From Candidatus Aenigmatarchaeota archaeon (GTDB taxonomy: Archaea; Aenigmatarchaeota; Aenigmatarchaeia; GW2011-AR5; JAGGXF01), in the NCBI GenBank assembly GCA_029932645.1, contig JAOZPR010000006.1:1-35604 (forward strand): 35,604 bases of DNA. The letters are read 5' to 3'. This document shows, piece after piece, positions 15,880 through 24,087 of this stretch. The position numbers and the translations under genes are program-made. Below the pieces are notes generated by a model. That model worked only from the letters and a program-made list of their open reading frames with translations. It was not told where the DNA came from and did no database searches. The number at the start of each line of letters is the position of its first letter. The first letter of the stretch is position 1.

Positions 15880-18330
15880 ATGGTAAGGGTCGACAGAATA
15901 ACAATGAGAGGGTTTAAGTCCTTCTCAGACAGAACTACCATACCTTTCCCTAGTGGATTTACTACTATTGCTGGTCCAAACGGTTCAGGAAAAAGCAATA
16001 TTGTAGATGCTATAACATTTGTTCTTGGCGTATCGTCTGCAAAGGCGATAAGGGCAAACCGACTGATAAATCTGATATTTAATGGTGGAAAAAGCCGGAA
16101 GCCGTCTGACCATGCCGAAGTTTCTTTATATATCGACAACAAGGACAAGAAGGTCGCATTGGATGAAGAAATAAAAATAACCAGAAAAGTCAACAGAAGG
16201 GGCCTGTCAATATATAAAATAAATGAAAGAACTGTAACACGACGGCGATTTCTGGAAATTTTAACAGCTCTTGGTCTGTCGCCAGAAGGATATAACATAA
16301 TAATGCAGGGGGATGTCACTAAAATCATAGAGATGAATCCGGAGGAGAGAAGACAAATAATAGATGATATCTCAGGAATATCAGAGTTTGAAGAAAAAAA
16401 ACAAAAAGCCCAGAAAGAGTTGGAAAAGGTGGAAACCAGGGTAAGGGAGATGTACATAGTAGTCAACGAAAAACTGAAACTAAGAGCACGCCTTGAAGAG
16501 GAAAAAAAGAATGCTGAAAGATATCTGACCATGCAGAAGAAACTTAAAAAACTCAAAGCAAGCCTAGTCAAGAGAAAGTTTGACGACCTGAAATACAAAT
16601 GGAAAGAAATGAGTATGAGTATAGAAAAAAACGAAAAGAAATTAAAAGAGACTAGTAAGGCATTGTCTCTCATTGATAAAGAACTATCTGAAAATGAATC
16701 ACTAATCAGCAAAACGCGGAGGGAAGTAATAGAAAAATCAAAAGACTTCTCATTGACAAAAGAGATAGACAAAATAAAAACCGAGTTGCTGAGAAAGAAG
16801 GATAAGATAGAATTCAATGAAAGAGATGTTGCCCGACTAAATTCTATAATAGAAAAAAGCGAGCAGACAAAAAACAAAGCAGTAAAGGAGATATTGAAGT
16901 TGGGCAAACCTTATGTTCACGGAACTGTTATGGATGTAATCCGTGTCCCTGAAAAATATTCTGTTGCGCTTCGGGTTGCTATAGGAAGCCATATCAATGA
17001 CATAATTGTCGACTCTGTTGAAAATTCCGTCGAGCTGATAAAGTTTCTGAAAAAAGAGCAGATTGGAAGGGCCAGGTTCATCCCACTCGACAGGATAGCG
17101 GGCAGGCCTATAAACAAAAAAGAAGATAAAAAAATCATAGGATATGCCATAGACCTGATAGAGTTTAATGAAAAATATCAAAAGGTTCTTGAGTACGTGC
17201 TCGGAAACACGGTTGTTGTTGAAAACATAGCCATTGCAAAAGACATAATAAAAAAGGAAAGAATGAGAATTGTGACAACCGACGGAGACCTTATAGAATC
17301 AAGCGGGGCAATGCTTGGCGGCTGGTATAAGAAAAAGGCCCCTGTTGTTGATACTAAAAAATACCTCAACGAAATAAAAACTATAGAACTGGAGAACAAA
17401 AAACTTTGGAAAGAAATAAGGACTCTTAAGAAAAAAATAAAAGAGCTGGAAATCAAGGAAAAAAAAGAAATTAGGGGAACCTCCTCGCTTGAAAAAGAAA
17501 TAGCTAAAACGGAAAAGAACATTTTCTCACTTAGGAACAAGAGAAAAAAATTATATGATGAGAAATCGGTACTAGAAAATAAGATAAGCGGGTTGAAAAT
17601 CAAACGCGCCGGACTAGAAGCCAAGCTAAGCAACCTTAGAATGGAAAAAGAGGAGTTTAAGGATATAAAGAACTTTTATAATATTTCTGTTGACGAACTG
17701 AAAGAAGGTATAAGAAAGGTCATAATAGAAATAAATGCGCTCGGGCCGGTAAACCTCCGTGCTATAGACGAATATAAAACAATAGATACGGAGTTTGGAG
17801 AACTAAAACAAAAACTTGACAAGCTCCTTGAGGAAAAGCATGCAATAACAAAAACTGCAGAAGAAATAGAGAAAAAGAGATATAAAAAATTCATGGAAAC
17901 ACTAATAGAGATATCTAAAAATTTTTCCAGAATATACAGTGACCTGACCAGTGGAGATGCTAATCTGAGACTGGTGGAGACAGAAGATATAGATTCTGGT
18001 CTTATTATAGAAGCCCAACCAAAAGGAAAAAAGATGTTGAATATAGACTCTATGTCTGGCGGGGAAAAAGCAGTAACTGCTTTGACATTTCTGTTTGCAA
18101 TACAACAGTACAAGGCCTCACCATTCTGTATTTTGGACGAGGCAGATGCTGCTCTGGATAAGGTTAACACAAAAAGAATTATCCATCTGATTAAAAAATA
18201 CTCGAAAAATATTCAATTTATTGTTATAACGCACAGTGATATAACCATTGGGGAGGCTGATAAGGTTTTCGGGGTCTCAATGGAAAATGGTGTTTCAAAA
18301 ATCTTTGGAATAAAGATGCCAAAGGAATAA
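15880..18330 (+). CDS. smc: SMC (structural maintenance of chromosomes) ATPase with unusually short coiled-coil arms (816 aa)
   Basis: Walker A GPNGSGKSN, a hinge (VHGTVMDVIRVPEKYSVALRVAIG ... RARFIPLD), LGPVNLRAIDEY, signature SGGEKAVTAL and Walker B FCILDEADAALD. The ATG at 15880 (MVRVDRITMRGFKSF) is preferred over the GTG at 15862. Confidence 0.9.
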   Translation: MVRVDRITMRGFKSFSDRTTIPFPSGFTTIAGPNGSGKSNIVDAITFVLGVSSAKAIRANRLINLIFNGGKSRKPSDHAEVSLYIDNKDKKVALDEEIKITRKVNRRGLSIYKINERTVTRRRFLEILTALGLSPEGYNIIMQGDVTKIIEMNPEERRQIIDDISGISEFEEKKQKAQKELEKVETRVREMYIVVNEKLKLRARLEEEKKNAERYLTMQKKLKKLKASLVKRKFDDLKYKWKEMSMSIEKNEKKLKETSKALSLIDKELSENESLISKTRREVIEKSKDFSLTKEIDKIKTELLRKKDKIEFNERDVARLNSIIEKSEQTKNKAVKEILKLGKPYVHGTVMDVIRVPEKYSVALRVAIGSHINDIIVDSVENSVELIKFLKKEQIGRARFIPLDRIAGRPINKKEDKKIIGYAIDLIEFNEKYQKVLEYVLGNTVVVENIAIAKDIIKKERMRIVTTDGDLIESSGAMLGGWYKKKAPVVDTKKYLNEIKTIELENKKLWKEIRTLKKKIKELEIKEKKEIRGTSSLEKEIAKTEKNIFSLRNKRKKLYDEKSVLENKISGLKIKRAGLEAKLSNLRMEKEEFKDIKNFYNISVDELKEGIRKVIIEINALGPVNLRAIDEYKTIDTEFGELKQKLDKLLEEKHAITKTAEEIEKKRYKKFMETLIEISKNFSRIYSDLTSGDANLRLVETEDIDSGLIIEAQPKGKKMLNIDSMSGGEKAVTALTFLFAIQQYKASPFCILDEADAALDKVNTKRIIHLIKKYSKNIQFIVITHSDITIGEADKVFGVSMENGVSKIFGIKMPKE

Positions 18331-18340
18331 TCCAAAAGAA

Positions 18341-18360
18341 TAGTCAAAAATAGTCAAAAT
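18341..18360 (+). repeat. Tandem 10-mer TAGTCAAAA(A/T) x2, 11 nt after the smc stop
   Basis: Read directly: tagtcaaaaa tagtcaaaat. Confidence 0.45.
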
Positions 18361-18400
18361 CTTTTTATGTTCCTTATTCTAAGAATTATGAGGGAAGACC

Positions 18401-19060
18401 ATGCGAGAACAATATCTTATCAAGAATATAGTAATCAGTCATGATTGGGAAGATGTCATCAACAATATAGTTATAGAAGAAGGTATGGATCCGTGGGATG
18501 TGGACATCATAAAACTGACGGACGCATTCGTAAAATATCTAAACACCATGAAATATTTTGATTTTCGCATACCCGCCAGATTTATCTTGATATCAGCGAT
18601 CTTGCTGCGAATGAAATGTGAACTCTTGTTTGAAGAGGAAAACGTAAAAGAAAATCAGGAGAAAAAACTAGAACTTCTTGATATAAATAATATAAAGCTA
18701 CTAGATCTGCCTGTCAAGCGGAAGCCAAAAAGAAAAATAATACTCACTGAGCTGGTCTCGGCGCTTGAAAAGGCGCTCGAATTCAAGGAAAAGAAGCAGA
18801 GAAAAAAATTCAGGATGAAAAAAGCGGTAGAAACCCTGATAGAAATAGAAGAAGACATAGAAGAGACAATAGAAAGGCTCTATGAAAAAATAAGAAGAAA
18901 AATGGTGAATGATGAGATTAAATTCTCTGAGCTTGTTCCAGAATGGAAAAGAACCGCGATTGTTAAGACCTTTCTGCCTCTGCTTTATTTGTCCACCAGA
19001 GATAAAATAAGATGCGAACAACCCGAGATGTTTAAGGAAATATTCATACGTCTAAAATAG
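18401..19060 (+). CDS. scpA: Segregation and condensation protein A (kleisin)
   Basis: DPWDVDIIKLTDAFVKYL ... ARFILISAILLRMK is typical of ScpA. It follows smc directly. A GAGG SD lies upstream. Confidence 0.85.
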   Translation: MREQYLIKNIVISHDWEDVINNIVIEEGMDPWDVDIIKLTDAFVKYLNTMKYFDFRIPARFILISAILLRMKCELLFEEENVKENQEKKLELLDINNIKLLDLPVKRKPKRKIILTELVSALEKALEFKEKKQRKKFRMKKAVETLIEIEEDIEETIERLYEKIRRKMVNDEIKFSELVPEWKRTAIVKTFLPLLYLSTRDKIRCEQPEMFKEIFIRLK

Positions 19061-19104
19061 TGCTGATAATTGATAATACTTATAATGGTAATATCGTGAT
19101 ATAT

Positions 19105-19635
19105 ATGAATGAAAAGCTTGCTCTTTTAGAAGCTTGCCTGTTCACAGCAGATAAGCCATTAAGTATAGAGGAGCTGGTCAAACTCCTAAAAACAGACAAA
19201 AACGAGGTCAAGTGGCTGCTGAAAGACCTGGAAGAAATCTACTCAAAAGATGAACATGGTATAATGCTTTCGGTTGTTGGTGGATATCAACTTGTTGTAA
19301 AATCAAAATACCTCGAAAAAGTCTCAAGTCTCACAAGCCATACAGACCTCCCAAGAGGAATCTTGCGTGTGCTCTCAATCATAGCGTTTTACGAGCCTAT
19401 AAAACAGTCTGAAATTGCTAAAGTAATTGGCAACAGGGCTTATCACTATGTTGCTGAACTCGAAAAGAGGGGCCTTATAAAAACAGAAAAACATTCACGC
19501 ACAAAAATAATACAGACTACCAAGGAATTTGAAGAATACTTCGGTGTTAAAAAGAGCGCCCTTAAAAAATTGTTATGTGAAAAAAATGAAAAGCCAAAAG
19601 GAGATATCGAGCCTCGACCTAAAGTTTCTGATTGA
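19105..19635 (+). CDS. scpB: Segregation and condensation protein B
   Basis: ALLEACLFTADKPLSIEELVKLL and a second winged-helix (LRVLSIIAFYEPIKQSEIAKVIG). The ATG at 19105 (MNEKLALLEA) fits ScpB N-termini better than the listed start at 19060. Confidence 0.82.
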   Translation: MNEKLALLEACLFTADKPLSIEELVKLLKTDKNEVKWLLKDLEEIYSKDEHGIMLSVVGGYQLVVKSKYLEKVSSLTSHTDLPRGILRVLSIIAFYEPIKQSEIAKVIGNRAYHYVAELEKRGLIKTEKHSRTKIIQTTKEFEEYFGVKKSALKKLLCEKNEKPKGDIEPRPKVSD

Positions 19636-21523
19636 AGAATTGAAATTTCTTGTTGATAGCAGAATTGATAAGATATATCAGGATGGTAGAAACCTTAGGA
19701 TAAGGTTGTATGCCCGTGGTTTTGGCGAATTTGAGCTTTACGCATCTACGGGAAGGTTTCACCTGACGAGCTATAGGAGAGTAACGGAAAACCCGACAAA
19801 TTTTGCAATGTTTCTGAGAAAAAGACTGAGAAATAAGAGAATAAAAAGTATTTCACAGCGCTCTTTTGACAGAATTGTTGAGATAGCAACGGATGAATAT
19901 AAGCTGATATTGGAACTCTTTCACAAAGGCAATTTCATACTGACCGATTTAAATTATAATATAATAATGCCCTATGAAATTCAGCGATGGTCTGACAGAA
20001 CAATAGCTCCGAGGGAGAAGTATGTTTTTCCTGTAACAAATTCTTTCAGGGAGGATTTCAAGGAGTTCAAAAGAACTGTATATGCGTCACCAAGAGAAAT
20101 AGTTGGCCTGCTTGCACAGATAGGGTTTGGCGGAAAGTATGCTGAAGAAATCCTCTTATTAAGTGGCATAGATAAAAATAAGGCAGCGCAATCACTGGCC
20201 ATGGAAGAAGCTGAAAAAATCTTTGAGAATATTGAAAAATTGCTGCAAAGGGAGATAAAACCAAAAATTATTCTGGAGAACGAACAAATAATAGATGCTG
20301 TCCCTTTTGATATCAAGATGTATGAAAATTTTGAAAAAAAAGAGATGAAAAGCTTTAATGAGGCTGTTGATCTTTTCTTCAGTGAAAAAGACATAAATAA
20401 AATAAAAGCCGTGGAAGAAAAGACGGCTGTTGCCGTCGATATGAAAAAACAAAGAATGTTGGAGCAACAAGAAAAATCAATAGAAAAATGGGGTGAAGAG
20501 TCAAAAGCAGTAAAGGAAAAAGCTGACCTGATATATAAGAACTACGGGCTTGTGGAAAACATATTAAAAACAATAATGAGAACCAGAGAAACCCGCTCCT
20601 GGGATGAAATTAAAAGAAATATAGAAAACGAAGATTCTCCTGAAGCGAACGCAATCAAAGAACTTCGGGAGCATGAAGGTATAGTAGTTGTTGAGCTTGG
20701 CGGAAAAGATGTGGAGCTCGACATAACGAAAACCGTGGACGAAAATGCAGCAGAACTCTATGAAAAAGCCAAGAAGATGAAATCCAAAAGAGAGAAAGCC
20801 AAAAAGATAATGGAAAAAACAAAGGAAAAAATTATAGTGGCAGAGAAGCCATTAATACCTAAAATCCCGGAAAAGCGCACGCGAAAGAAATGGTATGAAA
20901 AATATAGATACTTCTGGACATCTGATGATTTTCTTGTCGTTGCCGGAAAGGATGCTGAGACAAACGAACAACTGATAAAAAGAAATACACAGCCTGAAGA
21001 TATTGTGCTGCACGCCGATATCCAGGGTGCGCCTTTTACCGTTGTCAAGGCCAAAAATGACCCACGCTCGAAACAGGCCAGAAAAATAACCCCGGTTGCT
21101 GTCAGGGAAGCAGCAGAATTTGCAGCAGCATATTCAAAAGCGTGGCAGATTGGCTTGGGAAATATAGATGTCTACTGGATAAGGCCTGAACAGGTCAAAA
21201 AAGTTCCAGGACTTCCGAAGGGCTCTTTCCAGATACAAGGCGACAGGAACTATCTCAAAAAAACACAACTAAGGCTTGCAGTCGGTGTTGCCCCTGAGAA
21301 AAAGCTGCTGATGATAGCACCCGTGCAGGCTGTGAACGAGAAATGTAAATATTTCTTAACATTAAAACCTGGTGACGAGCCTGCAACAGAGCTTGCCAAA
21401 AAAGTCAAAGACGCCCTGATATTTAAAGCCATATCAGAAGCCGAGAAAGAAACAATCAAAAAAATACCGCTTGATTTGATACAGAACTCGATTCCTGCGG
21501 GAAAAGGCAGTTTTGTTGGATAA
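19586..21523 (+). CDS. NFACT-family protein (archaeal Rqc2/NEMF/RqcH homolog; FbpA N-terminal domain plus DUF814)
   Basis: N-terminal SSLDLKFLIEELKFL, a central long coiled coil, and a C-terminal DUF814-like block (FLVVAGKDAETNEQLIKR ... DIVLHADIQGAPFTVV). The ATG at 19586 overlaps the scpB 3' end by 50 nt. Confidence 0.82.
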   Translation: MKSQKEISSLDLKFLIEELKFLVDSRIDKIYQDGRNLRIRLYARGFGEFELYASTGRFHLTSYRRVTENPTNFAMFLRKRLRNKRIKSISQRSFDRIVEIATDEYKLILELFHKGNFILTDLNYNIIMPYEIQRWSDRTIAPREKYVFPVTNSFREDFKEFKRTVYASPREIVGLLAQIGFGGKYAEEILLLSGIDKNKAAQSLAMEEAEKIFENIEKLLQREIKPKIILENEQIIDAVPFDIKMYENFEKKEMKSFNEAVDLFFSEKDINKIKAVEEKTAVAVDMKKQRMLEQQEKSIEKWGEESKAVKEKADLIYKNYGLVENILKTIMRTRETRSWDEIKRNIENEDSPEANAIKELREHEGIVVVELGGKDVELDITKTVDENAAELYEKAKKMKSKREKAKKIMEKTKEKIIVAEKPLIPKIPEKRTRKKWYEKYRYFWTSDDFLVVAGKDAETNEQLIKRNTQPEDIVLHADIQGAPFTVVKAKNDPRSKQARKITPVAVREAAEFAAAYSKAWQIGLGNIDVYWIRPEQVKKVPGLPKGSFQIQGDRNYLKKTQLRLAVGVAPEKKLLMIAPVQAVNEKCKYFLTLKPGDEPATELAKKVKDALIFKAISEAEKETIKKIPLDLIQNSIPAGKGSFVG

Positions 21524-21539
21524 ATTTGGAAGCAACCAG

Positions 21540-22172
21540 TTATATCTCAACCGTCTTGAGCATTTTCATCGATTTTTTAACCAAGTCCTCAATATTAATA
21601 TCGCCCTCCACCCTTTCGACCTCTTCCATCCGCGCCTTGGTTCGCGGGTTTTTTGGCGCGACTCGACATCCTGCGTGTTTGCGCGAGTATTCAAATGTTC
21701 CTATCTTTTCTGCGAGATTTACTATGTCCTGTTTGTCCCAGCCTATGAGCGGGCGCATGACGGGCTTGTTGCTTGCCCTGTCTTCGACAAACAAATTTTC
21801 AAGCGTTTGTGAAGCGACCTGACCAAGCGAGTCGCCTGTTACAAGGACGTCGTATCCATATTTCTCGGCGACTTTGCTCGCAATCCTCAGCATCATCCGC
21901 TTGCAAAGAACGCACTGTAGGTTTTTTTGGTAGATAGAAGCGAAAACAGAAAGGTTCTTTTTGTACGGGACAATAAAAACTTTTATTTTTCTTTTAATAT
22001 CGAGTTGTTTTTTAACCTGTTTTATGCAGTTTTTGACTATTGCTTTGTCTGCGCCGATAAAAAAGAATATGAAATCCACACTCGCGTGTTTCGTATTTTT
22101 GAACATCAAATAAGCTGCAACCGGGCTGTCAATTCCTCCGGAGATCAGGACAAGTAATTTTACCATGACCAT
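21540..22172 (-). CDS. thiI: ThiI-type PP-loop ATP pyrophosphatase domain protein (tRNA 4-thiouridine synthase catalytic domain only; no THUMP or ferredoxin-like N-terminal domains)
   Basis: SGGIDSPVAAYLM PP-loop, CVLCKRMMLRIA, LVTGDSLGQVASQTLENL and RPLIGWDKQDIVNLAEKIGTFE ... C. The start is at ATG 22172 or 22166. The listed start at 22208 adds a hydrophobic non-homologous leader. Confidence 0.75.
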   Translation of the reverse strand: MVMVKLLVLISGGIDSPVAAYLMFKNTKHASVDFIFFFIGADKAIVKNCIKQVKKQLDIKRKIKVFIVPYKKNLSVFASIYQKNLQCVLCKRMMLRIASKVAEKYGYDVLVTGDSLGQVASQTLENLFVEDRASNKPVMRPLIGWDKQDIVNLAEKIGTFEYSRKHAGCRVAPKNPRTKARMEEVERVEGDINIEDLVKKSMKMLKTVEI

Positions 22173-22222
22173 TAGTTCTAATAAAAAGTTAAAAAAGGTT
22201 TGAAACAAAATACTATTGTGAT

Positions 22223-22525
22223 ATGATGATCAAAAAGCTTCAAAAGATAGAAGAAAATGAGGAAAGAATAAACAAACTTCTAGAATCCCTTGAGGTGCAG
22301 AATGATGTACTTGACAGGAGACTTGAACTTATAGAAGAAAAACTTTTCGACAAAAAAGAAAGAGTTAAAATTGATAGAGCACTTAAACAGCTAAAGAAGA
22401 GAAAAATTATCGAACAAAAAGCAAAGAAATTTTTACTGAATCCTATAAAGGGAGAAATATTGGAAGATAGGGATTTGATAAAGGCTGTTGTTATGGCGCT
22501 CAAGAAGGACCTGAAAAAAACTTAG
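22223..22525 (+). CDS. Hypothetical coiled-coil protein (100 aa)
   Basis: E/K/L-rich helical ORF with no recognised family. It ends inside a hairpin plus T-run. Confidence 0.4.
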   Translation: MMIKKLQKIEENEERINKLLESLEVQNDVLDRRLELIEEKLFDKKERVKIDRALKQLKKRKIIEQKAKKFLLNPIKGEILEDRDLIKAVVMALKKDLKKT

Positions 22526-22550
22526 AAAAAAATGCTAACTAAGTTTTTCT
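22519..22550. terminator. Bidirectional hairpin plus T-run between convergent genes
   Basis: AACTTAG (22519-22525) pairs with CTAAGTT (22539-22545) around a 13-nt loop. It is followed by TTTTTCTTT on the plus strand, and the mirror on the minus strand is followed by TTTTTCAGG. Confidence 0.4.
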
Positions 22551-23186
22551 TTAGTTATAAAAATTCTGTTCAAAGAACTCGCCCTTTTCTATCTGATGTT
22601 GGACCCGTTTTCCATCGACCAGACCATACAACGATATCAGTTTTTTCTCTTCATGTTCGTGCAGACGCAGTGTCATATCTGTCAAAACCTCTAAGTCTGC
22701 TTTATGTGTTGGATGAGCATCGTCGTCCAACAAAAGTAAAATAGTAGCTCCCTTCTTTTTAAGCTTTCTTATTGTCACATCTATAAACGACTCTATAAAC
22801 ATTGGGTTATTAAACTTGAGCAGTCCAGAAAGAGAATCGACAACGACACGCTCTGGCTTTTCTTTTTTGGACGTCATACCTGTCACTATTCTGTGCACTT
22901 TTTTAAGATTTCTTGGATCTACTCTAATGGTAAAATCTTTGCTGCTTTCAAGGTTTTTTGCCGCTGAATAACAATCTATAAAGTGTATTTTTTTACTTTG
23001 TATATGATTGTCTATGTCTACAAAATTTCTTAATTTTTCGACAATCTCATCCGGGTGTTTGTCAACAGCCATATAAACTGTTTCCCTGTTTTTTTTCAGA
23101 GCATCAGCTATGAAATGCTGGACAAGCTCTTCTCTGTCTTCATCTTGTCTGCCAATAACCAAAACAGTGCCGGGGTGTGGTATCAT
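22551..23186 (-). CDS. RecA/KaiC-fold protein with degenerate Walker A (predicted pseudo-ATPase)
   Basis: KaiC/RadA-like strand-helix pattern: GTVLVIG-[RQDEDREE]-LVQHFI, VYMAVD, FIDCYS, Walker-B-like RVVVDSLSGLL, and ATILLLLDDD. The usual GxxGxGK[ST] is replaced by GRQDEDRE. The ATG at 23186 is preferred over the GTG at 23195. Confidence 0.5.
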   Translation of the reverse strand: MIPHPGTVLVIGRQDEDREELVQHFIADALKKNRETVYMAVDKHPDEIVEKLRNFVDIDNHIQSKKIHFIDCYSAAKNLESSKDFTIRVDPRNLKKVHRIVTGMTSKKEKPERVVVDSLSGLLKFNNPMFIESFIDVTIRKLKKKGATILLLLDDDAHPTHKADLEVLTDMTLRLHEHEEKKLISLYGLVDGKRVQHQIEKGEFFEQNFYN

Positions 23187-23271
23187 AAGATTCACTAATT
23201 TATTATTATCTTGTCCCTGTTTAAATCATTTTTGAGAGTTGAGAGAATTTAGAAATCGGCACTACTGCGAT

Positions 23272-23685
23272 TTATAACCTTCGTGACAGAACAGCGAGCG
23301 GATGTCCCTTTGTCTCTAAAGACCACTTCTTGATCCAGCCGAACGGTATTGTGCCTACTGTGTAACCAGATTTCTCCAAACGCTTCTTAAGCTTCTTTAT
23401 CAGTTCTAATGCGAACACAGGATTGCTCAAATCATCAGAGAGATGAGCAAAAGGAAACAGAACAATATTGTCTTCACCGACCTTTTTAGCCACGTCTTTT
23501 ATGTTTCGCTCTGTCTTTTCCAACACGTCATCCCTGGTTTCATCCTTTGTCTCAGCACATATCTTTACAACCAAGGACTGGCCAAACTTCTTTTCTCTAT
23601 CTTTTTCATCAAGATGCTGAGCAATCTTTGTCTTTTTTTTGACCTTGTATTTTACCCATTCAGAATGAATAAACAACAACTTCAT
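23272..23685 (-). CDS. Free-standing archaeal ThrRS-type editing domain (tRNA-Thr-ED / DTD-like fold), 137 aa
   Basis: MKLLFIHSEWVKYKVK ..., LFPFAHLSDDLSNP, and GTIPFGWIKKWSLETKGHPLAVLSRRL. These match my recollection of the N-terminal editing domain of euryarchaeal threonyl-tRNA synthetases. There is no catalytic or anticodon-binding domain. Confidence 0.7.
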   Translation of the reverse strand: MKLLFIHSEWVKYKVKKKTKIAQHLDEKDREKKFGQSLVVKICAETKDETRDDVLEKTERNIKDVAKKVGEDNIVLFPFAHLSDDLSNPVFALELIKKLKKRLEKSGYTVGTIPFGWIKKWSLETKGHPLAVLSRRL

Positions 23686-23689
23686 TGTA

Positions 23690-24079
23690 TCACTTCGCCT
23701 GTCGTTTTTTTCGATAATCAGCTATGGCTGCTTTAAGACCATCTGCAGCAAGATTGGAGCAATGCATCTTTATAGGAGGCAACCCTTCAAGACAGTCGGC
23801 CACATCATCCCTTGTTATCTTTTCTGCCTCCTCAAGTGTTTTGCCTTTTGCAAGATCTGTTATCATGGAAGACGTGGCAATAGCTGCAACACAACCAAAT
23901 GTCTCAAACTTTATATCTTCTATTATATCCTTTCCTTCTTTGTTTTTTCCAACTTTAATATAAATATACATGACGTCCCCGCAGACAGGGTTGCCAACCT
24001 TTCCGAGACCATCCGGATTTTCTATCTTGCCCATGTTGTGTGGATGCCTGAACAATTTCATGACTTTTTCTGAATACAT
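23690..24079 (-). CDS. iscU: Fe-S cluster assembly scaffold IscU/NifU-like
   Basis: GNPVCGDVM, FETFGCVAAIATSS and MHCSNLAADGLKAAI. These carry the three conserved Cys. Confidence 0.92.
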   Translation of the reverse strand: MYSEKVMKLFRHPHNMGKIENPDGLGKVGNPVCGDVMYIYIKVGKNKEGKDIIEDIKFETFGCVAAIATSSMITDLAKGKTLEEAEKITRDDVADCLEGLPPIKMHCSNLAADGLKAAIADYRKKRQAK

Positions 24080-24087
24080 AAAAAGAC

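Noticed and set aside
15834-16907. A 357-aa minus-strand ORF antisense to smc. Similar long antisense ORFs are at 17178-17633, 17676-18170, 6688-7134, 7464-8051, 33944-34693 and 26823-27302.
   Set aside because: The products are low-complexity and S/F/L/I-rich, which is typical of the reverse frame of GAA/AAG-rich genes. Each lies fully inside a confidently identified gene on the other strand and has no recognisable motifs.
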